64,000 bases of DNA from the human T2T-CHM13v2.0 reference genome, Homo sapiens: assembly GCF_009914755.1 (NCBI RefSeq), contig NC_060927.1. The stretch is one strand, 5' to 3'. The notes under the pieces are model-generated. The model was not told where the DNA came from and searched no databases. It saw nothing but the letters and a program-made list of their open reading frames with translations. The first letter of the stretch is position 1. Each line of letters starts with the position of its first letter. The position numbers and the translations under genes are program-made. Below are positions 39,834-53,748 of this stretch, piece after piece.

Positions 39834-40137
39834 TGCAGTTAACTTCCCTGCTGACTGTGGAACCTGACCTCACCACAAAATCTTACTTAATCTCCCCAAA
39901 ATAACAAACAAATCTATGAACATGTTTTCCAATTATTCAGGCTTAATACTAAAACATAATGAAATAAACCATGTAGTCAAGCAGAACCCTTTAAAATTCT
40001 CCATCCATCCTTATTTGCTACATGAAATTTGCAAACTATCTTTAAGGACCTAGGCATCTTTACACAGAATCTTATCTTACTCTTTGCTTGATGTGTTTTA
40101 GTGGTTCTCAAAGTGTAGTGTGCAAAAATAATTTTTT
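39834..40137 (-). repeat. Inverted copy of 40928-41226
   Basis: Manual alignment: 7 substitutions plus a 4-bp CTTA duplication over about 300 bp. Confidence 0.97.
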
Positions 40138-40138
40138 T

Positions 40139-40321
40139 TGTCAAAATCACCTTAAGAAATTAATTGTATATCCCGTAAGTACAAGACCCATAGATTATAT
40201 ACACAACCCTAAAAAATTGTTTTTGCACACTACACTTTGAGAACCACTAAAACACATCAAGCAAAGAGTAAGATAAGATTCTGTGTAAAGATGCCTAGGT
40301 CCTTAAAGATAGTTTGCAAAT
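40139..40321 (+). repeat. Direct copy of 40856-41037
   Basis: TGTCAAAATCACCTTAAG...GATAGTTTGCAAAT; 6 substitutions plus a 1-bp indel. Confidence 0.97.
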
Positions 40322-40380
40322 ATATATATATATTCCCCTTCTGGAACTGTGCCCATTGAGGCATACATGTAGTCAGCAGG

Positions 40381-40850
40381 TGCAGCAGGCATTATCAGTG
40401 CTTCACCCATATGCCCTTCATCCCTTTACTACATTATCTCCAATCCCTTTACTATTTTCGTGCCCTCAGGCTTTCACTGCACTTTCAATTCCAACAGCTA
40501 GCACCAGGATCTCTTGCTGGAGGGCCGCCTACTTTGCTGGCATGCACTGAGAGTTAAAGTACCTGGGAATTTACATCCTTTGAGTGTCAGCCTCTCATCA
40601 ATGGCTGAATGGATCAAGAATATAAGTACTCCAAGGACTACTCTGAGGAGTGACCTCTTCTGTTTCTTGACCTCCCCTGCAGAATTAGGCCAAAGTTACC
40701 TTCCATGGGAGCTTGCTTGGTATGTCATCTTTTTGCTCGGCCACATTTCCCCGTGACCCAGTCAGTTTTTCCAGGGAACAGTTTATGATACATCATTTTC
40801 ACATGAATCCTCATGTCAGTATCCACTCCTGGGGAACCTGCTCTACTGAG
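40381..40850 (+). mobile_element. ERVL LTR (LTR16-like)
   Basis: 3' end CACATGAATCCTCATGTCAGTATCCACTCCTGGGGAACCTG resembles the LTR16 terminus. Confidence 0.55.
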
Positions 40851-40855
40851 AGCAA

Positions 40856-41226
40856 TGTCAAAATCACCTTAAGAAATTAATTGTATATCCCATAAGTACA
40901 AGACCCATAGCTTACATACACAACCCTAAAAATTGTTTTCGCACACTACTCCTTGAGAACCACTAAAACACATCAAGCAAAGAGTAAGATAAGATTCTGT
41001 GTAAAGATGCCTAGGTCCTTAAAGATAGTTTGCAAATTTCATGTAGTAAATAAGGATGGATGGAGAATTTTAAAGGGTTCTGCTTGACTACATGGTTTAT
41101 TTCATTATGTTTTAGTATTAAGCCTGAATAATTGGAAAACATGTTAATAGATTTGTTTGTTGTTTTGGGGAGATTAAGATTTTGTGGTGAGGTCAGGTTC
41201 CACAGTCAGCAGGGAAGTTAACTGCA
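40856..41226 (+). repeat. Probable donor segment (371 bp) of the duplicated pieces
   Basis: Only contiguous copy that contains both duplicated portions. Confidence 0.9.
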
Positions 41227-41261
41227 TGTGCAATGATGAAATTAACCTGTGTCTTCTAAAG

Positions 41262-42565
41262 TTCACTTATTCACAATTCCTATGTATTGAGTATGTGCTA
41301 TGTGCCACATATTATTCTAAACACTGGGAGTAAGGCAGTTAACAAACTAGACAGATTCCTGCCCTCATGAAGCTTATATTCCAGTGGGAGGAGACATAAC
41401 AAACAAGCTATTGTATAATATATTAGATGGAGAAAAATACTATAAAGAAAAATAAACCAGGGTAAGGTGGGTAGGGAATGCCAGAGTGGAGGACACTATT
41501 TTCTTTGAGTGGTCAGAGTGATCTCACTGACAAGGTGACATTTGAACACAGACCTAAAGGAAGGGGGAGACTAGCCATGCTGACATCAGGTAAAAGGCAT
41601 TCCAGTGAGAGGAAACAGCGTGATTGACATGGATCTTCTGCTGAGAGGAGCGGTGTTGGTTGTTGGCCACATCCTAGCTGCTTCCCTCTGGGTCCACTGT
41701 CACATTCATGTGGAAGCCACATTTCCACTGAGCCACTCTAACCCATTGTGGGAGCACAGTGAGATCCTAATTCAGGCCACTCTTGTGAGGCAGGGATAGA
41801 CACCCATCTGGCCTTCTGGAAACTTCCTTAGGACTGCACTGCAGTCTGAACCCTTCTTGCACAATCTGTCTTCCATATCCTCTTCCTCACAGATGTCAGG
41901 TTGGCATTGCTGTCAAAGGCTCCTCCTACCTTCTCCCCCTCCCTCCCTTTTATCGTTCACCTGCACTTCCCCTCCATACATTTCACGCACATCTAATTCC
42001 ATCTTAGCATTTGCTTCTTGGAGAGCCCAAACAAACACAAGCAGCAAAGGCAATGGCCCGAGGCAGGAGCACGCTTGATGTCATTGAGGAACGGCAAGAT
42101 CTGTGTGGCAGGAGCAGGCTTAGAAAGGGGCAGGGTGGCAGAGCATGAGGACAGGCAGAGACAGAGGTCAAATCTGGAGGGCCGGGCAAGCATCATAAGG
42201 ACCTGGAGTTTTTCTCTGAGTAACACGAGGTCACCTTTGGAAGGGGATGACCAGGATTGGGTGATATGATCCAACATTTTAAAAGGATAGTTGTCCCTGC
42301 TGCATGGAGGGAAGGTTATAGGTGAAAAGGGCAGGGAGATCAGAAGCAGAGATGCCACTGAAGAATCCAGACCAAAGATGATAGTGTTTGAAGAAAGTGG
42401 TAGTAGGGGAGGGAGTGAGCAGTGAGTGAATTCTAAAAATATTTGAAGATAGAGCCAACAGGATTTGCGGATAGTTAGGGCATGTGCTGTGAGAGAAAGA
42501 AGAGTCAAAGGCTTTTGGCCTGTGCAAATAGAATTGGCATTCATGGAGACAGGAAAGACTAGGTA
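41262..42565 (-). mobile_element. L2 3' region split by an ERVL LTR
   Basis: TATTGAGTATGTGCTATGTGCCA...CCTGCCCTCATGAAGCTTATATTCCAGTGGG; resumes GCAAAGGCAATGGCCCGAGGCAGGAGC at ~42040. Confidence 0.8.
41653..42038 (+). mobile_element. ERVL LTR (LTR16/LTR33-like)
   Basis: Ends ATCTAATTCCATCTTAGCATTTGCTTCTTGGAGAGCCCAAACAAACACA. Confidence 0.6.
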
Positions 42566-43470
42566 TTGTGAAATATCATGATACAAACCCTAGTTTAAGT
42601 AGATTTCTTCTGCTCGTATGCTGAAGTGGTGCTTGGTTTATATCTCTGCTTCATCAGAAGTCAGTCTTTTTACAGTGACTGCTGCTGCTATTCTAGATAC
42701 CTATCATTGAGTGCTCACTCACTGCCTACTGCCCTAGTGTTTATGTTATCATAGTTATTAATTATATAAATGTGTTATGTATTTGTATTTATATATATAA
42801 AAAATATTAAAAAAAATCTCTTCCCTCACTTCATTTAATCTTAACCTCATGAAATTAGCCTCAGGTATTGTGTTGTTTTCTGGCTGGAGGTCACATAGAG
42901 TTGCTGCCAGACTCAGAACTGAATGGAACAGAATCCGGGAGGGTGAGGCTCTGATACCATGCTCCTCCTTGTGCTAAGGGCTTCCTGGTGCCTGTGCGGC
43001 CCTTCTGTAGCTGCTCTGTTTACCACTGTCTTCCTGACTATGTCTGGAAGCATCTTCAGGACAGGATGGTATCATAATCACCTTTATATGTTCCACTTAA
43101 ACTACTAAGCTTCCTTGCATATAGTAAGTTCCATGTTTCCTCATGGTATTTTGTGAATTCTGTGTACCTGACTCTGCCCCCACCTACCTCATAACTGACC
43201 AATGAAACGTTATGAGAATTCCTAAATATCATCATATCCACTGGCCTGACAACATCCAGCGGCTTCCAAACTTGTCCCTTACCTGTCTGACACTGCATGG
43301 CCCCACTCTAAACTTGTGTCTGATTTTTAGCAGGTGGTCCTCGGACTTTATTTCCCTGGTATCTCTGGGCTCCTCCAGCACCCAGGAACTTCAGAGAGAA
43401 GACCCTGTATGAAATCTAGGACCCAACACCTCATTTCAGATGCTAATGATGATCCAAGTGTCCCTGCTAG

Positions 43471-43707
<237 letters not shown>

Positions 43708-45129
43708 TAGTCATAACTTCAGAACACTTATGTTGTTTGACACGTGTGAGTTATGTAGGCAGGTTGGGTTTCCATTGCAAAAGAAAATTCAGAATGGCAA
43801 AAAATGGACTAATTGCTAAATTACTTTTTTTATCCATTCGCAATTACTTATATAAACTTGAATGTTAACTCCTAATTATTTGGCAACAACAAAATGCATT
43901 TGTAAAGATTCACCTTCAAAATGGCCAGTAGCTTTCTGACACTCTCCAGCTGATAATAACTCTGGACTGTGGATATCTCATCAGAATTAATTGCAGCAGA
44001 CTGGAGTCCTGCAAATGCTAAAATGTCTTTAGTTTTATGGACCAATAGATGCTATGGTTCAGCAGTTCTGCTTTACTATTAGTAAGTACCTTGAATCTTT
44101 TGGGAGGCAGCTCAACAAACCATTGTAACCTTTATAACCTTTATAAATTAAATGAGAATTAGTGACTATGCGTGTTGATGGTGAGTATCAAGAACAAGGA
44201 CATGGAATAAAAATAACATCCTTTTTATATCTACCAAATAATTTAACATGTAAAAGCTTGCTTTGCCTGAGAGGTAAAAATAAAGCAGTCAGCCAAATAT
44301 AAAATATTCATCATATGCATGGGAAATATCTGACATGTTTAGGGAGTAGACTGATAGTCAAAGAAGAAGAAAACCCTATAATAAGGTCAGAACATAATTT
44401 CAAGAGTTTAGTGGATAGGATATGGTGCCAGAAAGACATATGTCTCCAAATCAAGGTGAAGATCTATAGTATAACAGTCATATCTAAACCTATAAAGGAC
44501 TAAGAGACTGGGATTTCCGCACATCACTGGTTCTTCCTGTATGTCGTATGTTCACATGAGAAGTGGAACATTTTTATTATTGAGGGCATATAATAAAATA
44601 GATATATAGAATTTCCCATGGGTAGATTGTCAAAATTTCACGTGATCTGGCTCCCAAAACCTGGAGAAGACAGAAGGTGGTGCATGGGGACGTGGGGGAT
44701 GATGATAAGCAGAGAGGAGGAAGAAACTTTAGAGACTTGATATAAATTAACAGAGCATAGCAAGAAATAAGAATGGGCTTTCAAAAATTTTAAATTCGAT
44801 TGAGTTGGTAAAAATTATTCATTATCATTGTCAAGAATGGCCCCACACAAAACTGTTGACTATATATAGTACAGAACATTGTGCTTAGGATCAGAGAGAT
44901 AAAAAGACATTAATATTAATATTTTAATCCATTTAACATCATTTATTATGTGCCCTCCATGTATGAGATATTGTGTTAAGATGCTAGGGCAAGGCTGGCA
45001 CATCCTGGTACCAATGCCAGCAATTGTTCCCATGACAGACATTACCAATCAATTATAGCTCTCTTCCTACTGCTTCTGGTCATGGCCATAGTGGATTTTT
45101 CAGCACAGGTGCAGATCCTACTATTGGCA

Positions 45130-45880
45130 GAGACCAGATGGAGGCTATTGCAGTAAAGTCAGTTAACACAGGGTGAGAGTTGGAATGAAGCTTGAAAAGT
45201 GGGCATAGGGAAGTGAATAAATTCAAAAGATAGTAAATAGGTAAAAGACAATATTTTAAATGATTGCACGGTGGCTGAGGATGGAAGTTGCTGGGACAAA
45301 GTCAGGGATCACATCAAGGTTTCTAGCCTGGGTAATTGGATGGATGGTAATATACTTCACTGAGGTTTGCGAGAAAGAAGAGGGCTTGTGGAGACAGGGA
45401 TGAGCTCATTTTAAAGTACTTTGAGTTTTAGGTTTCTGTGGGCCATCCAAACAGAGATATCTAGCAAGAAATTGAATCTCTGTGTCTGTAATTTAGATGC
45501 ACAAGCAAAGCTAATGAGATGACAGTAGAGGGTGGTTGTTATAACACATAGACACTGGAGGTCCATTATTCGGTTTGAATCCTGGTTCCACCAGGCATCA
45601 GCTGTATGACCTTGGTCGAGTTTCTTAATATGTCCTAATCTCCTGTTTCCTCATCTTTAGCTTGGAGATAACAGGAGTACCTATCTCACAGGATCATCTC
45701 GAAGATTCAATAAATGCCTGGCACACACATAGTAAGCACTGTGTGAATGTGAGCTTTCATTATCATTGTCATTATATCTAAAAAGTGCTAAGCAAATATT
45801 TGTAGAATGAATGAATCAATGAGATTACTCAGAGAAAGTATACGGAATGAGAAGACAAGAAGAATAAGAATAAAAACCTG
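45130..45880 (-). mobile_element. L2 fragments with a nested MIR (~45545-45780)
   Basis: GGAGGCTATTGCAGTA...TTTGAGTTTTAGGTTTCTGTGGGCCATCCAA; MIR GGTTTGAATCCTGGTTCCACC...TTTCCTCATCT. Confidence 0.6.
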
Positions 45881-45994
45881 AGTTTATTATTCCTTAGAAT
45901 GTTAGTATTCTAGTTCTATAAGAATTCAGTTGCTTTGAAATTTACTTCAAGGAACAAAGATAAATTCAGATCCAAATATTATTTCTCTAAAAAT

Positions 45995-46137
45995 GTTTTA
46001 TTTATTTTTATTTTTTTGTAGAGACAGAGTCTTGCTATATTGCCCAGGGTGGTCTCAAACTCCGGGCCTCAAGTAATCCTCCCGCCTCTGCTTCCCAAAG
46101 CTCTGAGATTACAGGCACGAAACAATGCACCCAGCCC
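45995..46137 (-). mobile_element. FLAM_C / Alu left monomer
   Basis: TTTGTAGAGACAGAGTCTTGCTATATTGCCCAGG...CTCAAGTAATCCTCCCGCC. Confidence 0.85.
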
Positions 46138-47224
46138 CAAACAATAAATTCTTATCAGGAGCACAGAAAGGAGATTCATTGTGCCAGGAAAAAAGATTGT
46201 TTGAAGACCAGATAGGGTAGTTAATCTTGAACCAATTAGGTCCTTCTAGAAGGAACAGTTCTGTCGAAAAAGCAAGTGTGGGCTAGCCAAGCACTCACAC
46301 TTGGTTAAAAGGCAAGATGAGGAAGCAAGGGTCAAGGTTTTGTTGCTAAAACAGTTGGCAGAGTTGCAGCAAGCAGCATGGTGGCCAAAGCAGTCATTTA
46401 CATGACACTGGAAATAACAAATTTGGTGTGCTCCCACAACAAACATGCTCCTGACAAGATGTGTGAGAGTCACAGCCTGGTACATCAGACCATATTTTAT
46501 TAGCTACTAGTCCAACTGGAGAAACACTGTTTTTGAAAGTCTGCACTAATAAATGCCACTCACCTCCCGCAAAGTTCTCAAGCCCAAACCCCCAAAGTCA
46601 TCCTTGATTCCTCTCTTTACTTTGGCCAGTTCTTCAGGAGCCCTGTCAACTCACAAAAGGATATCTTACATCCACGATCCTTTCTTTGTCTCCACTCTTA
46701 TCCTCCTGGTACTAGGCAGCATCTTCTCTTGCCTGGGTAGCCTGCAGTAGCCAACAGTCTCCCTGTTTCTCCCTGTAATCCAGTCTCCAAATCAAGCCAT
46801 GTAACTACCCAGCATAGAGCACAACCCATGTTCTTACCTGCAGGACTTTGCGTGATCACCTCTTTCATTTTGCCCTTCCTCCCATCTTCTATGCTTCAGC
46901 TTCACTGGCCTTCTCGCTTTTCTCGGACACACCACACTCTTTCTTGTCTGAGGGCCTTTACGCCAGCTGTTCCTTCTGTGACGCCTCTAGATTTTCAGAA
47001 GATGGAGTCCTCTAGTCATCAAGGTTCTTATCTGCAGTGTGACCCCCTCAGGTAGCCTGCTGTGGACATTGTGTCTGTCCAGCCCCTCTCCACTGGTCAC
47101 CTTCTAAGATGTCCTATTCAATGGCCCTCGTTGCACTTCTCTAATATTTTTGCCATGATTTAATTATTACTTGTTTTTTGTTGTCTCCCCGACTGGAACA
47201 TCAGTTCTGTAATAGCAGGGGCTG

Positions 47225-47785
<561 letters not shown>

Positions 47786-47931
47786 GAAGTGAGTCTGTCA
47801 ACTTTGTTCGCCACAGTGTCTCCAGCACCTGGAACTATACCTGATGTCTAGAAAGCCCTCCAAAAACATTTGTTATCCAGATAAATGTCAGTGTCTTGAG
47901 AATTTGGGGATCTGGCCTCATGGAACTCAGG

Positions 47932-47981
47932 TTGTGTGTGGTGTGTGTGTGCATGTGTGTGTGTGTGTGTGTTTGTGTGTG
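47932..47981. repeat. Imperfect (TG)n microsatellite
   Basis: Read directly. Confidence 0.9.
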
Positions 47982-48195
47982 ATGGACATCTTCAGTTTGC
48001 CACTCTAGACCCACTCTTTTCCCTTCTCTACTTGCTTCCGGGCTGAAGATGCTGATCTATATGTAGATCAATGGCTTTAGGTTGGGTTCAGCCAAGGGGA
48101 GATGTGAGGATAGAAGGATAATGAGGTTCCAGTGTTTATTCGAGGGTTTTCCTCCCCACTAAGTCAAAATGAACTTCATCCCCCCATTACTCTAA
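47980..48195 (+). mobile_element. LTR33-like ERVL LTR fragment
   Basis: GTTTGCCACTCTAGACCCACTC...GGTTGGGTTCAGCCAAGGGG. Confidence 0.5.
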
Positions 48196-49319
48196 TGAAT
48201 AACGATAATATTACCAATAATAATACAATTGATATTTATTGAGAATTGATATTTGTTGAGACTAAATCTAGTGTTGATATTTTTATGTAGTGAAATGGTA
48301 TGATAGCATAATGCAACAGCCTTTACTTTATCCTTAAACTTCACGGCACAAAAATGTTTGCAGACTTCATCAATTTCCTTAAAGATCTCCCTTGATCTTT
48401 TGATATTCATATTTTTCATCTCTGATATTTTTATTCTATTACCATGCTTATAGGTTTTCTTTTTTATTGTTAACAGGTCTAGCTTTGTCAGATCCTCATT
48501 TGTCAATGGTTTTGTATGTAATTGTGCAACTTTCCTACATCGCTGTTATTAACCTAATAAAACCTGAATCTTTTGCAGTATATGTGATTTTTACAAGCAA
48601 CATGTTTACTCTGTGGGTTTCCTTGAACTTAGACTAACTACAATGTCATAATGTGAGTCTTTGGCGTTAAGTGGCCCTTGTTTCTGCAAGAACAACTAGC
48701 AACCTCTTTTCTGAGCTTCTGATATAAGAGAGTCCACAAAGCATTTAAAGAACACTTTACCTCTGGCAGGAAAATATTTTTTGTGATAAAAATAGACATA
48801 TGATAAAGCTTAAATTCTTTCAATAAGTAAACACTATGTGGTCCCTGGTTTCTAGGGCATAAAGGGCATGTTTCTGCTTGTCAGCTGACCTTGGTTCTTA
48901 CCCTTTTATGTTTTTACTTCCATGTTTTCTCTAGAAAATCAAAATTTCAAAATATATAAAATTCTAAAGCTAAGATTTTGAAGTAATTTTAAAGGTAGGC
49001 AATGGATAATTAAAACAGTATACATAAATGTCCTTTTTGAAGCATCTCAAATTAGTGACTAAGATAAATTTGGTTTTAATATATAACATCATTAGGCCTA
49101 ATGGCGAAGTTCATTATAATAATCTATATATAAATTTCCTGGTAATATTACAAGTATTTGGAAGTACATCTCATAAATTATTAGTGAAATGTGAGATAAC
49201 TAGCTTTATTAGTCCACTAACATATTTATTTTCATCAAGGATATTTATCATATTTCCAAGTAGCTTGCAGCTATATAGATAAGTTTTATTGATTTCTTCA
49301 TATTTTATTACCTATCTGA

Positions 49320-49736
<417 letters not shown>

Positions 49737-50749
49737 TAATTGTTTGGGGGCATCAATGTTGAACTGTGATTATGATTGTTTTTATGATGCTCTTACATGG
49801 GTGTTTCATCTACACCTCTGGTCGGAGAAGGCCCAGTTTGACTCTGTATCTTGCCTGCTTTTCCTCCTTGAAGGAGTCCCTGCAGTATAACGGCACTCTC
49901 CTCTTTGCAGGTGCTCAGAGTAAACATCTCTAAGTCATCTTCTATTTCATCCACTACTCTCATCCCTCCCTTCCTCCTTCTTCTCCCCCATTCCTCTGTC
50001 CAAGAAGTCACCAGGCTCTGTTGCTTCTTTCCAGAGGGGCAGAAGGGAAGACAATTTCTGACAAGAAGATATGGAGAGGCATGGCACGTTTGAGACTGGT
50101 GCTCACTGTGGCCAGAATACCAAGTCGTGGGGGACAGCGGTGGTGGGATGTGAGCAGGTTGAGGAAGACCATGCAGTAGCTTCAAGGTCTTGCTTAGGAA
50201 CTTGGATTTTTCCCTTTACTCAGGGAATGGGAGTCACTGAAAAAAAAAAGACAGAAAAGTGCAAGACAGGGGATTAGCATAATGTGTGCAATGAGAGGAA
50301 AGTGAGGGACTTTCAGGTGCCGATGAAAGAGGGATTGAAGGGGAGATAGGAACACAGGCTGGTCAGGGAAGGGAGGAAATTGAAAGGCAGAGAGAGGGTA
50401 GGCCATACCCACAGAGGAGGAAGTGGGGCCAAAGAGCAGTTTGGAAGGAATGAGGAGGCAAGACAAGTGGAGGAGAGCAGGTGATGGTCAGAGGGACCTT
50501 TCAGAGCTGAGTATTTGAGAAGCGTATGACCCTGGGAGTCAATTACTGAAGGCCTAGGGTGTATACCATTGAAACAGTTCCAGAGGAACTGGAAAGCGAG
50601 GGCTTTGGTGGGGTCATCCCTGGGATGTTGATATTACATTACTGCGGATGTCATTACTGGGTACTGGCAGCATCCAGAGTGGAGAGGAAACCCTCAACAT
50701 ATGGAGGGCAAAATGGATGTCAGTGGATGCTAGGTGTGGGGCAAGACAA

Positions 50750-50980
50750 AAGAGCTTATTGGCTGGGGTCACTGGCTGAGTTCAAAACCTGGCTCCACCA
50801 ACTTTCTGATTGTGGGAGAAGGTAGGTCACCCCTCTGTACCCCTGTTTCCTCATCAGTAGAACAGGGGTCATATTAACTGTGTCACAAGGTTGTTATAAA
50901 GATCACTGAGATAAAGCATGTAAAGCACTCAGAATAGTGCCTAGTCCATAGCAAGTGCCCAGTCAATATTCACCATCATA
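50750..50980 (+). mobile_element. MIR, preceded by degraded L2 pieces at ~49880-50720
   Basis: GAGTTCAAAACCTGGCTCCACC...TTTCCTCATC...AAAGCACTCAGAATAGTGCCTAG. Confidence 0.7.
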
Positions 50981-51762
50981 ACTCAGAGGAGATATAAGCA
51001 TTGTTTGTGGCCTGGGAAGGTGGCAGGAGAATATTGGATCTCCTTCCTGCTGAGAAGCAGAAAAAACAAATGCCTGAGAGAAAAACATGTCCTCATTTAA
51101 AGCAAATGTGTTAGGTCCTCTTCCCCCTGCATCTGTATGCAGAATAAGCAACATTGAGAATCTAAGGTAATTTCTTGGCAATAGACTGAGCTTCCAAAGT
51201 GCTCAGAGAATTTTGACAGATGTCTAGAGGGGTTGACCCATAGCCTGGACTATGGAAGACAGTGAGGAGAGGCAGAGAGTTGGGATGAAGACATATAGGA
51301 CAGAATGGGCTACTCAGCCTTGGAATTCCAAATGAAACTCTGGAGGGGGTGGAGGGTGGGCCATGTTTGCACGATCCCGTGTTATGGTGTGGACAGTGGA
51401 AACGGTTATGTTCAGTGTGCCTGGACTATTGGAGCCTCAGAGTGAAGGTCGATTAAAGTACACTTTAGTGAGCGTTCTGAGCAACCAGAAGATGCCATGA
51501 GGGACCAGCTCATTTAAGGAGGTATGATAGATTCAGATGTAAAAACCTGTGTACTCTCTGTTTTTGCAAATAGTCCTAAAGCACTTGATTCTGCTTGTCT
51601 TGAACCTCATTTCATTTTATTTTGGATTATTGAATTTAGTTCCTAGCTCACGTTTTGGATCTAACCACTTTGTATTCCTGGTTGTGAGTCTTACCTCTTG
51701 AGGGAATGGTTCTGCTGCCTCTCCTTATGACACAGCAGTCTAAGACTACTGGGGGTAACCCT

Positions 51763-52167
51763 CTGCCTTCCATTGGGTTTCCTGGAAACACAATTAAAGA
51801 TGAGAAGTTTGGCGCTGAAGGTTTATTGGGGAGCACTCTTGGAGGTGAGAAAGGCAACACTGAGCAGAGGGAGAAGCTGATGTGCAGGGAGATTGCACCT
51901 GTGGCGTCAGCCAACCCTATGGGGGCCCTGGAGTTGGGATGGCCCTTTAGAGTTGTTCCAAATGAGGCTAAGGAGTCAGACCTTTGTATCTCGGCATTAG
52001 CCAGTCATTAACTGTGGGCTGCTCCCTGGGAGTGGGTGCAAACTTGGGCAAGGAATATCCAGGGGTGGAGGCTGTGGGGAGCCTTCACTAGCTGACATTC
52101 CCAACAGATGAGGATGAGTGTGTTGGTCCTGGAGAGCAGCCCATGACAGAGCACCACAGTGTCTACT
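51763..52167 (-). mobile_element. LTR16-like ERVL LTR
   Basis: GGTTTATTGGGGAGCACTCTTGG...CAGAGGGAGAAGCTGA...CAGCCAACCCTATGGGGGCCCTGGAG...GGATGGCCCTTTAGAGTTG. Confidence 0.7.
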
Positions 52168-53748
52168 CCCCTCCCCTCAAGGGGCTTACCTTAGCACTCT
52201 CCAGCTTGCCTCTGGTTCCTTTTGAGGGCAGTAGTGTTGGGATGAGATGAGAGATGAATAGAGAGAGGCTACAGAGAATGCAGGAGAAGGCCGAAGTCTT
52301 GTTTTACATCCTGCACCATTTTGCTCACAGAGAACTGAGGCTGGTGTAACAATATGGACATCACCTTGAGGGTTCAGGAAAGAAAGGGAAGGCAGTTGTG
52401 CAGTCTATACCACTCACTCTACCCTTAACTGCACACCCACAGGTCGTCTTTAATATTTACGGGGTTGTTGTCTTATTTGGCAACACTGCTGTGCAATTAC
52501 AAAGAAATTGATCTACATAGCACATGGAGGCTAACAGCCAGGAGAATGAGCTTTTGGTAATTATCGGATTGTTGAGGGGCTAATTATGACAAAACTGCTC
52601 CCTCCTCTAGAGAAGCTACTCTTACAGAAGAAATAGCAGTGAAATCTTCCATTAGGAGTATTTTTTGAAGCATAAGAGCTTGCTTAAATATGAAATTAAA
52701 GGCAATACAGGAAAATTTAAAAGTCTGAGAGGTGAAAACAATGACAGCTCTGTTCTAATATATGGAGTGTTGGGATGCCTGATAGAAAAGTGCTGTTTGG
52801 GCTGTACAACCAGGGCTGTAAAATTAATGTCCACTGACCTGTTTGAAACATGATCTAGTGAGTGATCATGTCTTCAGCAGGTTTTGTGACTCTTTCTGGG
52901 GTAATCTTAATACCAAAATGTGCTTCTTTCATCATGGGGACCTATAGAGCTCCTTTTCGGGGCAATTATTTAAATGATTTTCCCAATATCCCAGAGAATT
53001 GTTGATCTCCTGACCACCAGGAGGCAACTTTTGTTGCTTCCAAAGCCAAAAGCAAACGACACTTAAAAAACTCCTCTTGTTCATTCACTGGGAAAATTTC
53101 TAAATGATAGCAATTCTCTTATTCCCTAGAATAGAATAAAGGAATGTAGAAAATGTGTTAGAAAGAAACTTCAGATATATCCCTCTTCATTAAAGTGTGA
53201 ATTTCACTCTAAATGTGCTCATTTCCTACGTTGTAAATTACAGTTAGAAAAAATAAATAGAACCTGGCCATTCCCAAGTTTATGAAATCATGTAGTCTTT
53301 CCTGATGAAAAATTCCCCACTCAGCAACTAATTTGCTGCTAATGATAATAAGGTCATCCAAGAGCACAGCTGTTGGGTTTCCATGGTACACACATGACTG
53401 ATTAAAATTACTTAGAAAACCATGGGAGTGGGCTGTTATACTGGTTGAAGGATTGTGCATGGAATGAAGCCCTCGGCATTGATGGGAGCTGGTTAGGCAG
53501 CCTGCCTTTAATTAGCAAGGGAAACCTCTCCTGTTTTAAATAATTTATATCTGCATCCAAAGTAGATAATAGAAGGAGTGTAATAATGAGAAAGCATTAC
53601 TGCTCACCAGGAGGCCTTTTCCAAACACAATTTACCAGCACAAGAAGTACCTGGGTTTGAACACTGTTCACCCCCCCCGACAAAGCTCAGCCTAAACAAT
53701 TGACTCTTCTGATGAGATTATTTCCCATGCAACAGAAACTTGTTAATC

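Noticed and set aside
39834-40321. Hairpin block read as a MITE or pre-miRNA
   Set aside because: Arms copy adjacent local sequence, there is no TSD, and the stem and loop are too long for a canonical pre-miRNA
41993-42586. Longest ORF (197 aa)
   Set aside because: Lies within decayed L2/LTR sequence with no recognisable domain; chance open frame
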